52,244 nucleotides of DNA from a virus. Its lineage: Duplodnaviria > Caudoviricetes. The translations under genes were made by a program, and so were the position numbers. Shown in pieces: positions 28,901 through 38,014 of this stretch (position 1 is its first letter; each line of letters starts with the position of its first letter). The stretch is from IMG/VR virus record IMGVR_UViG_3300033143_001356, positions 1 through 52,244 of that record. One strand, written 5' to 3'. The notes beneath the pieces were generated by a model, which saw nothing but the letters and a program-made list of their open reading frames with translations, had not been told where the DNA came from and did not search any database.

Positions 28901-29500
28901 CTAAAATTTCCTTGTATCAACTTCTTCGTTATGTTCAAACTTTTCCATCTTTACGAGATGGGCTACGTTATCTCTTAACTGGTCAACTGAATCAACGCCG
29001 ATTATTACCTTATCTATCCGTGGGTTCATCAGGACGAAATCTATACATTCTCTTGGACTGAAGTATTTCAGGGCTTTACCTTTACAGAAGATGGAACGGG
29101 CGATGATTCTTGGTGGTTCTGGCTCGATGTTAAAATGCAACAATTTTTTGTTCATAATAGAGTAGGGCAATTCCACATAGCGTGCCGACGTTGGGATTAT
29201 TTCTCCAGCCTCTTTTTGTATCGACAACCCTTCGTGGGTGACTTTTCGGTAATCTCCAAATTTATGAGCAAGTAATATGTCTTGGCCGTGGACAAAGAAA
29301 CCCGGCTTACTGCTTTTGTATATTCTATTGAATTGCCTTAATCCAATATGCCCTGTCCCATAAGCCGTGGCAACATCCAGCCATTCGATACCAACATCTT
29401 TCATGTATTCCATGATGAGTTGCTGTTGGGTTTCGTCTACACAATGGCCGTTATATTCACGGCCCCAGTTCGCTGTTCCTACTACTAATCGTTCAAGCAT
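28901..29500 (-). CDS. Shortened aldo/keto reductase
   Basis: L.VGTANWG..Y, LDVATAYG, ELPYSI, ARSIF..G and IIGVDS..QL motifs. Confidence 0.78.
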   Translation of the reverse strand: MLERLVVGTANWGREYNGHCVDETQQQLIMEYMKDVGIEWLDVATAYGTGHIGLRQFNRIYKSSKPGFFVHGQDILLAHKFGDYRKVTHEGLSIQKEAGEIIPTSARYVELPYSIMNKKLLHFNIEPEPPRIIARSIFCKGKALKYFSPRECIDFVLMNPRIDKVIIGVDSVDQLRDNVAHLVKMEKFEHNEEVDTRKF

Positions 29501-30405
29501 TGCTCCACCTTTCCAATAAATACTTCTTCATCCATTCGTTTAGCCTTATCCGAAGAGTAAGGTTTATCCCACGGATAATGGGCAGTACAATCCAAAGTAA
29601 CCATAGACACTTTCTCGCCGTCTTCCGAAACTAATGATTCGTGTATCTTCTCGCCCGGCCTTACACCGATAACCTCAAACTCACAGTCGGGAATAATGGC
29701 CCTCGCTACATCGGTTATCTTCATAGCCGGTGCGCGAGGGACCAATATCCAGCCACCCTTAGCCGTATTCAAACCCAACATTACAAGGTTTACCGCCTCT
29801 TCAAGCGTTATCCAGAACCTTGTCATGTCAGGGGAAGTAATTGGAACCTTTTTAATTCCCTGCTTTCTTAACTTGTAAAAGAGCGGTATTACAGAGCCAC
29901 GCGAACCTATAACATTTCCATACCGAGTAACTACAAATTCGGTTTTGTTATAAGCGTTTGCAGCGAGAAACAATTTCTCTGCGCACAGCTTCGTAGCCCC
30001 ATAAAGATTGACAGGATTAACCGCCTTGTCAGTCGAAACAAACACGCATTTTTCGACCCCATTGGCGTTACACGCACTAATAACATTCATGCTTCCCTGT
30101 ACATTAGTCTTTATTGCTTCTTCGGGGTTATACTCTAAAGCAGGAACTTGCTTTAACGCGGCGGCGTGAACAACATAATCCACACCAGACATAACCTGCA
30201 TTAACCTTTGTTCGTCCCTAACGTCGCCTAAAAAGTATCTCGGTTCGGGAAAGTCCTTTGCCATTTCTGACTGTTTGAACTCGTCCCTACTGAAAACGAT
30301 AACCTTTTCAGGCTTACTTTCGAGTATTCTCTTTATTAACTTTTTACCAAGTGACCCGGTACCGCCAGTCACTAACACTGTTTTTCCTAACAGGCTCGCA
30401 TCCAT
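29485..30405 (-). CDS. pseB: UDP-N-acetylglucosamine 4,6-dehydratase (inverting)
   Basis: VTGGTGSLG, SRDEFKQ, HAAALKQVPALEYNP, STDKAVNPVNLYGATK, RYGNVIGSRGSVIP, MTRFWITL and RPGEKIHE motifs. Confidence 0.92.
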   Translation of the reverse strand: MDASLLGKTVLVTGGTGSLGKKLIKRILESKPEKVIVFSRDEFKQSEMAKDFPEPRYFLGDVRDEQRLMQVMSGVDYVVHAAALKQVPALEYNPEEAIKTNVQGSMNVISACNANGVEKCVFVSTDKAVNPVNLYGATKLCAEKLFLAANAYNKTEFVVTRYGNVIGSRGSVIPLFYKLRKQGIKKVPITSPDMTRFWITLEEAVNLVMLGLNTAKGGWILVPRAPAMKITDVARAIIPDCEFEVIGVRPGEKIHESLVSEDGEKVSMVTLDCTAHYPWDKPYSSDKAKRMDEEVFIGKVEQCLND

Positions 30406-31205
30406 TTCCCTTCAATTTCCTTTCTTCTAAACCTTTTCTTACCGCCGTATTGGACCTTACCAATACTCTTCTCGGCGGCTCTTACTATCTCTGTCATCGC
30501 TGCAAACTGGACCGGCGTAAGAGCGAAACTCTCGTCCAGTCCACCGTTCACTTTGATGTGCTTCTCTAATACTGTTGCGCCTAACGTCATAGCGACGACC
30601 GGAACTACATAACCGGATGAATGGTCGCTCATGCCGACCTTACAGTTGAACTTTCTCAACTTCGCCATAGTTCTTAAATTCATCTTGGCAGGGTCAGCGG
30701 GATACTCACTGACACACCACAACAGAGTTATGTCCTTTGTGTACTTCTTGGCTGTCGTTATAGCCGTTTCGATCTCTTTGTATTCTGCCATACCTACCGA
30801 CATCAGTATCGGTTTCTTGGTCTTGGCTACAGTTTCAATTAACTCCAGCCACGGTAATTCAAAGGACGAAATCTTATATCGCTCTATTCCCATCTCTTCT
30901 GCGGTCTTTACCATGTCAGGATGGTACACCGTAGCGATGAATCCCATCTCTAACTGTTGACACAGTTTCTTTAGTTTAGGCACAAACTCTAAGGGCATTG
31001 CGGCTTTTTCATACAGTTCATACAATGTGTGTCCTGCCCACGGACCATCCTTGATTATCTTACCGCTTTCCAACGCCATCTGGTCAGGAGTGAACATCTG
31101 GACCTTGATAGTGTCTGCGCCTGCTTCCTGAGCGGCAAATACCAAATCCAGAGCCGTCTGGTAATCCTGATTATGACTCGCACCTATTTCAGCTATTATT
31201 TCCAT
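30387..31205 (-). CDS. pseI: NeuB-family nonulosonic acid synthase (PseI-like), lacking the C-terminal SAF/AFP domain
   Basis: IIAEIG..H, GAD.IK.Q, GPW.G.TLYELY, KISSFE, CVSEYPA, G.SDH and EKH motifs; ends shortly after FRR. Confidence 0.82.
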   Translation of the reverse strand: MEIIAEIGASHNQDYQTALDLVFAAQEAGADTIKVQMFTPDQMALESGKIIKDGPWAGHTLYELYEKAAMPLEFVPKLKKLCQQLEMGFIATVYHPDMVKTAEEMGIERYKISSFELPWLELIETVAKTKKPILMSVGMAEYKEIETAITTAKKYTKDITLLWCVSEYPADPAKMNLRTMAKLRKFNCKVGMSDHSSGYVVPVVAMTLGATVLEKHIKVNGGLDESFALTPVQFAAMTEIVRAAEKSIGKVQYGGKKRFRRKEIEGKWMRAC

Positions 31206-31518
31206 CTGCTCCTATCCTTACTGTTCCCGCAACCGTACACCCTCGCGGTATTTCTTTAAGGTCAACATTTTTCCAGTCATTATCAATCCATTTTTTTATA
31301 ACCGCCCATTCGTGGTCATGGCAATTATATACTTTGCATTCTCGCGGCCTCTGTTCACCCAAGGCGCATCCGCCATGCACCCAAAATCCATCCTTGTCTG
31401 ACCACAGATGTTTATTGTCTTCGGTTATGTACGAACCAAACTTTCTTGCGCAAGGCGAGCAACACCCCTTCAATGTCTGTATCGGACAATAACCGCTACA
31501 TTGGAATTCTTTATTCAT
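31189..31518 (-). CDS. Cys-rich hypothetical protein heading the sugar cluster (109 aa)
   Basis: MNKEFQCSGYC...GCC..C...GC.L...RP.EC..Y.C; the start overlaps the adaptor stop. Confidence 0.6.
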   Translation of the reverse strand: MNKEFQCSGYCPIQTLKGCCSPCARKFGSYITEDNKHLWSDKDGFWVHGGCALGEQRPRECKVYNCHDHEWAVIKKWIDNDWKNVDLKEIPRGCTVAGTVRIGADGNNS

Positions 31519-32191
31519 ACCAGTTCCCTGACCATTCGTGCATAGTATCATTTTGGCTTTTGTACTCTTCAAACCATTCAAAGAACTTTGCTCGCCATAT
31601 CGCTGCGTCAGTAGCTTTTTCTGCACCTATCGCAACGAAAGCCTGCCACACACCGTAGTCTATAAGTCCTTCGTCAGCGTCGTTCAGGCTTGAACTAAGG
31701 GCATCCGTTATATCAATCGGGTAAACACCTATATCGAATCTAAAGTCCTTGTCGCAATATTCCGTCAGACACAGCGGCATGACCTCAGCGTAATTCCCCC
31801 GACGAGTCCACGCGTTAGGTTGAATATGCGGTATATCGGTATGGGTCGGGTCGGGATACTGATTATCAAATTCGTCAATCGGAAGATAAGTCAACTTCCG
31901 CGTCAAATTACCGTCAAGATAAAATATATCGAATACATGAGCAGTCCTGTTGGATGTAGTTACATCGGATAATCCTGACGTGATCTCGGCCAAAGGCCAC
32001 CTTAACTGAACTGTCGTATCCAGAGACGTTGTGTTCTTGAACGTAAGTTCATGTAAGCCGGGAACTTTTTCGGCTATTATCCTCTGGGCTTCGTTTTGCC
32101 ATCGCGCACAACGCGCATCCGTAATAAGAACCGCATCATTAGTGCGTCCACACAACGCTTGTATTTCATCTGTTATTGCTGAACTTATCAT
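31511..32191 (-). CDS. Head-tail adaptor / tail tubular protein A-like
   Basis: ..W.NEAQR.IA N-terminal helix and L.DY..W.A C-terminal helix; located after the capsid genes. Confidence 0.7.
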   Translation of the reverse strand: MISSAITDEIQALCGRTNDAVLITDARCARWQNEAQRIIAEKVPGLHELTFKNTTSLDTTVQLRWPLAEITSGLSDVTTSNRTAHVFDIFYLDGNLTRKLTYLPIDEFDNQYPDPTHTDIPHIQPNAWTRRGNYAEVMPLCLTEYCDKDFRFDIGVYPIDITDALSSSLNDADEGLIDYGVWQAFVAIGAEKATDAAIWRAKFFEWFEEYKSQNDTMHEWSGNWYE

Positions 32192-32205
32192 ATTTTGCCC
32201 CAATC

Positions 32206-32236
32206 ACTGACAGCCCCCCGCGAAGGAGACTGCCAG
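32206..32236 (-). terminator. Stable hairpin after the capsid/decoration genes
   Basis: CTGGCAGTCTCC-TTCG-CGGGGGGCTGTCAG; no strong U tract, so possibly a partial terminator or mRNA stabiliser. Confidence 0.4.
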
Positions 32237-32265
32237 CTTGAAAAGGAAGAAGAAGCCTTCTTCGC

Positions 32266-32562
32266 TTAGAACCCTGTTAAAAGGTAATAGACTCTTGTAT
32301 CTGCTTTCTGTAAACCCTGTCGCCTGAACGTAATATTACCATTAGTAATATCGCCATCAGTTGTCGCTATAAGGTTATCCATCAAGTCTGTACTTGAACC
32401 TAAATCGTTTCTGGTTATACCAAAACCACAATAGGCATTCGACATTCTCGTAGGAACATCTACCGTAAGACTTCCAGCAGAAAAATCAAAGAAACCACCT
32501 TCAATCATACCGAAACCTGTTATCTGCCCGCTATGCTGGGCCGCTAAATCATAACCTGCCAT
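32266..32562 (-). CDS. Small putative virion (head) protein
   Basis: 98 aa, beta-rich, AGGAG RBS, within the capsid block. Confidence 0.6.
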   Translation of the reverse strand: MAGYDLAAQHSGQITGFGMIEGGFFDFSAGSLTVDVPTRMSNAYCGFGITRNDLGSSTDLMDNLIATTDGDITNGNITFRRQGLQKADTRVYYLLTGF

Positions 32563-32577
32563 AATTTACTCCTTTCT

Positions 32578-33228
32578 TTAGGCCGAAACCGTAGTTGCTA
32601 TTCCACAAATACCTTCAAACGATGCGTCGCCAACACCGAGAACAAGATGGCTTGTATCTACCACAGGTTGTATATGGTTCCATGCCGTCGCAGTATTAGT
32701 CAGATCGAAGTCCAATGTAGTGATGTCTACATGGGGACAAACGCCGCCACACCAGAACCAACTCCATTGATACGCAAGGGTAGTTCCATCAACATCTACG
32801 CCGGGATTACACCCTATGGCAATCATGCCCGTAGATGTCGCATCCATACAAGCACTTGTATTAGACACGATATACGGACAATCAGAAGCCTCGGAGTAAT
32901 GGCCAATGTCAATCCATGCTGAAGAATCAAAGTGACCACAAATCGGCCTTGCATCTGAACTTTGGTCTGCGGCACTGGATAACGGGAACGAACCGGACAT
33001 TTCATTAAAGGCCAGATAAATCATTGTGTATGGCCCTTGAACAGATGACGCATCCGCCCCAGTCTGGAACGCCTGAATCTTTGTCATTGGTGGATACTTC
33101 GGTGCGGTTACGCACGAATGTCCCGCAGAAGTAGAATCAAAGCCACCCGAAGGTATGCCAAGATTGGGGTTAGGATAACCCGGCCATCTGTCTGCTAAAA
33201 TAATTTTTCTTAGGCTTAAATTTGCCAT
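32578..33228 (-). CDS. Putative capsid decoration/cement protein, paralogue 2
   Basis: Colinear similarity to 33244..33918 (D.WPG.PN.NLGIP.GGFD, TKIQ, YTM.Y, FW..GVCP). Confidence 0.65.
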   Translation of the reverse strand: MANLSLRKIILADRWPGYPNPNLGIPSGGFDSTSAGHSCVTAPKYPPMTKIQAFQTGADASSVQGPYTMIYLAFNEMSGSFPLSSAADQSSDARPICGHFDSSAWIDIGHYSEASDCPYIVSNTSACMDATSTGMIAIGCNPGVDVDGTTLAYQWSWFWCGGVCPHVDITTLDFDLTNTATAWNHIQPVVDTSHLVLGVGDASFEGICGIATTVSA

Positions 33229-33243
33229 AACAATACTCCTTTC

Positions 33244-33918
33244 TTACGCGTCAGTTGCAAATGAGTAACCGCAAACGTTATTGGAAAGATCGGCTGCGCC
33301 ATCAAGCTCTAAAACACTTGTGTCTGCTTGTGGATAAATAGGTTCGCCAGCAGCAACATTTCCGCCAGTTGACATATCAACGCCTGCATGAGCAACACCA
33401 CTAAGCATAGTACAGTCCATAGGACACACACCGTCTATCCAGAAGAAACCGTACCCGCCATGATTGTCGCCATCAGTAGTCACATCTCTGTAAGAGAGTG
33501 TACCGCAGGCAATACCCATTTGGCCGGTAACAGTAGCGTCGTGAATACCCGCACCTAATGTCGCTAAATTAGACACAGTGAAGGCATTGCTTGTACCATC
33601 CGCCGAAAGACATGTTGAACTACACATGTGTCCAAAGACAGCCATTCCCAGCAAAGACAAATCTGCTTTTTCCACACCAATAGGTGTGCCATTGTTTACA
33701 GACTGACAATAGTACCTGCTATACATCATTGTGTAATAACCTGTTACGCCGGAGAAATCCTGATAGACTTGGATTTTAGTCCCGACCGGAAACTGCTCCG
33801 TAGAGGAGTCAGTCCACTTTGTTGCGTCAAAGCCGCCCTTGGGAATTCCGAGGTTATGATTCGGAGTGCCGGGCCACTTATCTTGTAATACTAAGTCTCT
33901 GGTACTTACTGCTACCAT
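33244..33918 (-). CDS. Putative capsid decoration/cement protein, paralogue 1
   Basis: Directly after the capsid gene; ends ...CGYSFATDA, as cement-type proteins often do. Confidence 0.65.
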   Translation of the reverse strand: MVAVSTRDLVLQDKWPGTPNHNLGIPKGGFDATKWTDSSTEQFPVGTKIQVYQDFSGVTGYYTMMYSRYYCQSVNNGTPIGVEKADLSLLGMAVFGHMCSSTCLSADGTSNAFTVSNLATLGAGIHDATVTGQMGIACGTLSYRDVTTDGDNHGGYGFFWIDGVCPMDCTMLSGVAHAGVDMSTGGNVAAGEPIYPQADTSVLELDGAADLSNNVCGYSFATDA

Positions 33919-33953
33919 AATTTAATCCTTAAAAAATAAACCTTCCTTTTCAA

Positions 33954-34985
33954 TTACGAAACATTATTTAACCACAAACTCCCGTTGGGTTTCCAGCACA
34001 TGAAGTTACCGGAGATCAGGATTCTTGACAGCCACATATCGTAGCCGTTAGAGTTCTTGCCCTGCCATTCAAAGTCTGTCATCTTGAAGTTTCTGGCAGT
34101 ATGGAACCTGAGTTCCCAATGTTCGAGGTTGAGGATAAATACCCAGTTTCTCATCGTTGAAGTAGTCTGGAGATAAGGAACGCTCACGATTGTATGTTTG
34201 TCGAGTTCCATCTTGTTAAAGCCTTGTTTCTGCTTGTCGCCAGTTGGATGATACTGAACCTTACCTTCCATCTCTGCTCTTAGTTTATTGAACAGAGTAG
34301 GACACATACAAATATAAAGGTCTCTCGGAGTCTTCATGTGATGAGATACGTCGGTTTCCGTAATCCATTTACGAAGGTTTGATATTGTAATATTATATGC
34401 GGTCGCCTGTGCGCTTGAGGTCGTATTGACGTTCAAGCCAGCCGGGTCCGCACCCTGCCACCAGTCATTTGTTCCGCCCGACCAACTTCTTGTCAGTGTA
34501 CCATAGGTAACATCATGGTCAAGTGCAGATACTAACGACTGGAACTGTGTTGCGCCGTCTGCTACGCCTGTCTCAGAGCCTACGTTGAATATTTTCTTGT
34601 TCAGCCACAAGCGAGTAGCATTATGGCCCTTAGAGACCAACTGGTCTGCAAGGTCAAGCAACTGCTCTTCTGTACCTGCAAGGATATTCTGTGTATACTC
34701 TTCAAGGCCATACCTGAGAGGCAACTGGGCATACTTCCAGAGGAACCTTGGTTTCTCAAGCGTGTCCTTTGCTTCGTCAGTCAGCGCGGTGTTAGGCGTG
34801 TATTCCTGCATCAAATCGTCGATTTCATCGGTATCTACCAGACGCTCTACATACTTACCACCTGAGTAGGTAATCTGGTTCCGACTCTGTAACGCTTCGA
34901 CTACAGGCGTCGCCATATATACTTCGTCCACCTTAGAACGTAGAAACAGTTCTCTGGTGGCGTTTGATAAATCGTTCAAAGCCAT
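33954..34985 (-). CDS. Major capsid protein (HK97 fold)
   Basis: 343 aa after the scaffold; L...T.......D.V....P, GG..., F.WK and LLD motifs typical of podoviral capsid proteins. Confidence 0.82.
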   Translation of the reverse strand: MALNDLSNATRELFLRSKVDEVYMATPVVEALQSRNQITYSGGKYVERLVDTDEIDDLMQEYTPNTALTDEAKDTLEKPRFLWKYAQLPLRYGLEEYTQNILAGTEEQLLDLADQLVSKGHNATRLWLNKKIFNVGSETGVADGATQFQSLVSALDHDVTYGTLTRSWSGGTNDWWQGADPAGLNVNTTSSAQATAYNITISNLRKWITETDVSHHMKTPRDLYICMCPTLFNKLRAEMEGKVQYHPTGDKQKQGFNKMELDKHTIVSVPYLQTTSTMRNWVFILNLEHWELRFHTARNFKMTDFEWQGKNSNGYDMWLSRILISGNFMCWKPNGSLWLNNVS

Positions 34986-35006
34986 TTTTTTAGTCCTTAA
35001 TTAAAT

Positions 35007-35705
35007 TTAGGACTTCCCAAATAAGTTCAGTCCTGTTTTTCTCATACTCGCCAGGATGTCCCTTCGGCTGCCAGTTTTAGGAACCGAAGCATCCAAAGAG
35101 AATGACGAGGTACCATTATCTGTCTGAACTTTTTTTTCTTCTTTTTTTTCCGCTTTGGCTTTAACTTCGACATAACACTTACGCATCAACTTCAACGCAC
35201 TTACTATCGTCTTCGGTTGTGATTCTGTGCCGTCATCTACAAGTTTATCTGCCATTTTCTTTGCTGGCTTGCGGTACTTTGCACCAAATTCTTCGTCACA
35301 CATTCCAAGAATTTCGTCTATGGTCTTATCTTTTTCGGTCTTTGCCCGTTTCTTTTCCTCTTTTTCCTGATAGCCGTCAGCAGTTTTCTGTAACTTCTCG
35401 TTACTCTGCTCCAGCTTCTTGATCCGCCCCATCATCTTACTGACGGTTTTAATCGTCTTGGCATCTACAAGGTCAGGGTCAAGGAGGTCTTCAACGGGAA
35501 CGTCTTTAGACTCAGCAAGGTCAGCAAGTTTCTGTTCCAAGGCCACGTACTTTTCGCCACTCTCAGTAAGTTGAGCGGTAAGCTGCTCATTCTCTGTATT
35601 CTTCTTGCGAAAATTAGATTCGGCTTGGTCAGCCCTTTGCTTTTCCTTTGACCATTTTTCATCTTCTTGTTTTGGTTCCTCTTTTGGTTTTTCTTCGTCA
35701 GACAT
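35007..35705 (-). CDS. Capsid scaffolding protein
   Basis: Highly charged coiled coil between portal and capsid genes. Confidence 0.75.
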   Translation of the reverse strand: MSDEEKPKEEPKQEDEKWSKEKQRADQAESNFRKKNTENEQLTAQLTESGEKYVALEQKLADLAESKDVPVEDLLDPDLVDAKTIKTVSKMMGRIKKLEQSNEKLQKTADGYQEKEEKKRAKTEKDKTIDEILGMCDEEFGAKYRKPAKKMADKLVDDGTESQPKTIVSALKLMRKCYVEVKAKAEKKEEKKVQTDNGTSSFSLDASVPKTGSRRDILASMRKTGLNLFGKS

Positions 35706-35787
35706 TTTTAACTCTCCAAATTCATTTTCAGCACATGGCTGTTTCGTTATAGAGAAGCACGTTAAATCTATGCTGGCCGATTGGCAT

Positions 35788-36036
35788 TTAGCCCTTTGGC
35801 TGCTTCGATTGCACTTCTTCCAGTTTTATTTTAAGCGCATGTATATTACGCTTTACTCTCGCACTTGCAGGTCCGCCCTGAGTATTGTGGAACGCTGCCT
35901 CTAATTTTACTATTTCATCCCGAATAGCTTTCGTCGGGTCAATTTTTTTCGGTAATGGTTTGTTTGAAACCGTCTTTGCTTGTTTCTGTACTTTTTTCTT
36001 TGGTGATTTCCGTTTTAATTTCTGTACCTTTTTCAT
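35788..36036 (-). CDS. Small basic protein overlapping the portal 3' end
   Basis: AAGGA RBS before ATG 36036; Lys-rich. Confidence 0.5.
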   Translation of the reverse strand: MKKVQKLKRKSPKKKVQKQAKTVSNKPLPKKIDPTKAIRDEIVKLEAAFHNTQGGPASARVKRNIHALKIKLEEVQSKQPKG

Positions 36037-38014
36037 TGTTATCCTTTGCTTGTAAAGCGATACTATTCTCTACTTTCTGCCGAACACCCTCAACGAGAAT
36101 CCTCACACCCTCATCGGGCGTAATCTTTCCTTCGGCAACCATTGTGTAAAGTTCCTGGAACTGCATCCAGTCCTGCCATATCGAACTTTCACTCAACAAC
36201 TTCTTCCAGTTCGGTACCTCCAGCGCTTTAAGTATCTCCGGCAACATTGGATTGGGAGGCGCACTCATTAACTCATATGCCTTCATTAGTTTCACTAATC
36301 TCTTTTCAGAGTCCATCGGTATCGCAGGTGCCGGCTGAATATCAACGTCAAATTTTACCAGAGACATCTCTTGAGTGATCTGCATAACACCAGCAGATTT
36401 ATCTTCTCCGACTATTCGCACCCATCTTTCGGGTTCGTAGTTCGCCTGACATATTTCAGCTACCAATTCACAGCACTTTCGCACCCATTCCGTTTCATAA
36501 ACATTCTGTAAAGCTATCCTGTCGTGAGACGATATAGCGAGATAACTCGACTCTGTGGCGGTAATATTGTTTCCAGCCTTGCCCTGAGCGACATCCTGAA
36601 GACCTAAGAGGTTCTTGAATTCCTGTGTAAAGAGTCCGTAAAGCTGAAGTGCCGCCGCTGATGGAGTAACAGGATTTACAATTTGAACCCTCTTGCCGCT
36701 AATAGCTCCCTTTACCACCCTAATTATCGACCCTGCCGCCTTACCTATACGGAAATGTTCCTTACTTCTGCCTGGAGGTGTATCAATCGCACCTTTTTCG
36801 ACTATTATCTTCGGGTCGCCGAACATCTTCATGTTATTGGTCAAATGAGACACAGTGACATTTATCATGTCCTGTACATTCTTGTATAACGTAACACCGT
36901 TGATTCCTTGCCACATGAACGGTAAGAGGTAATGAGGGGTTACAACAAAAGGCCAACGTGAATACGGGTACTTCTGGTCGTCAGGATTAAGAATAAGGTC
37001 GTCAACGTGGATGACATACCGCCCCGTTGGATAATCAGGCTCTTTCCATTCTTTTAGAGTTCGCGTAGGCCATTCATCGAGCGGGACGGTTGTGCCATTT
37101 TTATCATAAAATACCTCATCTTGTTCGTATACCTCGCCTGCGTCCATCAACTCTTGCGGAGGAATGTCCTCTTCTGTCTTCTGGTCGGTTTCTGAATAGT
37201 CTTTGAAGTAAGTCTCGTTCAGTTTGACGAACTCAGTGTCGTCGTTCACCTCAACGTCAGACATTTTATCGGCGTCAAGGACTCTGTCAAGGATATAGTT
37301 AGTTGAATCTGCGCCTAACCCTTTGTCTATCCCGCCTTTGCCTTCGTTTGGATAAGTACCGGCAGAGGCAAGCTGGCCCCTGATGGTAGTATCACCACCT
37401 GCGACCAAATCCTTGTATTTGCTGGCTTTGTCGGCGAGTTGTTTCTTGTATTTCGACCATCGGGACTGTGCCCACTCCAGCGGAACATATCTTTCGGTAC
37501 CGCAATCGCCGTTTTCTATCTTTTCGTCGTCAGAAGCCCAGAATTCGGCGGGATGCCACAACTTATGCTGGGTGTCGCCCATCCAAACCTTTTGTTTGTC
37601 ATCCCAAGTACATCTACCGTCCCAGAAAATCTTACTCACACGGTACCCGAATATCTTCCCGCACAGGATAGCCTGAATCTGTTCAAGGCGCATACCTGTT
37701 TTGTTCAATCCCTTTTCCCATTGCCACTGGAGATTGCTCTGCCATGCCTCGGCAGCGACGGAATCATTGTCCTCCCACGGCAAGCAGTGAATCTCGCTGA
37801 AATTCTTGCTCAATTTGGCGATCTCCTGCATTGCAGACGGCCAGATATAGTTTATAACTATCCAGTCCCATTCTTTATGCTCTTTCTTATGTGCAAGCTG
37901 GTCGCCGAAGAAGTACCGCAATGATTCCTGCCACATAGTGACCCATTTTTTTGTTTTAGCCATGCCAGCATCCTCTTTTCTTTTAAGGAGCTGTATGAAT
38001 TCGTCATGTTTCAT
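35939..38014 (-). CDS. Portal protein (P22 gp1-like)
   Basis: 691 aa; W....RYF.GDQ, INYI, PFV, QD.IN, G..DV.QG, TAT and FDV.I motifs. Confidence 0.88.
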   Translation of the reverse strand: MKHDEFIQLLKRKEDAGMAKTKKWVTMWQESLRYFFGDQLAHKKEHKEWDWIVINYIWPSAMQEIAKLSKNFSEIHCLPWEDNDSVAAEAWQSNLQWQWEKGLNKTGMRLEQIQAILCGKIFGYRVSKIFWDGRCTWDDKQKVWMGDTQHKLWHPAEFWASDDEKIENGDCGTERYVPLEWAQSRWSKYKKQLADKASKYKDLVAGGDTTIRGQLASAGTYPNEGKGGIDKGLGADSTNYILDRVLDADKMSDVEVNDDTEFVKLNETYFKDYSETDQKTEEDIPPQELMDAGEVYEQDEVFYDKNGTTVPLDEWPTRTLKEWKEPDYPTGRYVIHVDDLILNPDDQKYPYSRWPFVVTPHYLLPFMWQGINGVTLYKNVQDMINVTVSHLTNNMKMFGDPKIIVEKGAIDTPPGRSKEHFRIGKAAGSIIRVVKGAISGKRVQIVNPVTPSAAALQLYGLFTQEFKNLLGLQDVAQGKAGNNITATESSYLAISSHDRIALQNVYETEWVRKCCELVAEICQANYEPERWVRIVGEDKSAGVMQITQEMSLVKFDVDIQPAPAIPMDSEKRLVKLMKAYELMSAPPNPMLPEILKALEVPNWKKLLSESSIWQDWMQFQELYTMVAEGKITPDEGVRILVEGVRQKVENSIALQAKDNNEKGTEIKTEITKEKSTETSKDGFKQTITEKN

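Noticed and set aside
24497-31518. Sugar cluster as host DNA contamination or a prophage flank
   Set aside because: It is flanked on both sides by virion genes with overlapping or 1-nt junctions, on the same strand and inside a closed circle. Read-level confirmation is still advisable.
33954-34985. N-x-S/T N-glycosylation sequons in the major capsid protein
   Set aside because: About 6 of 24 Asn residues, too near background to claim, and no oligosaccharyltransferase or N-glycosyltransferase is evident.
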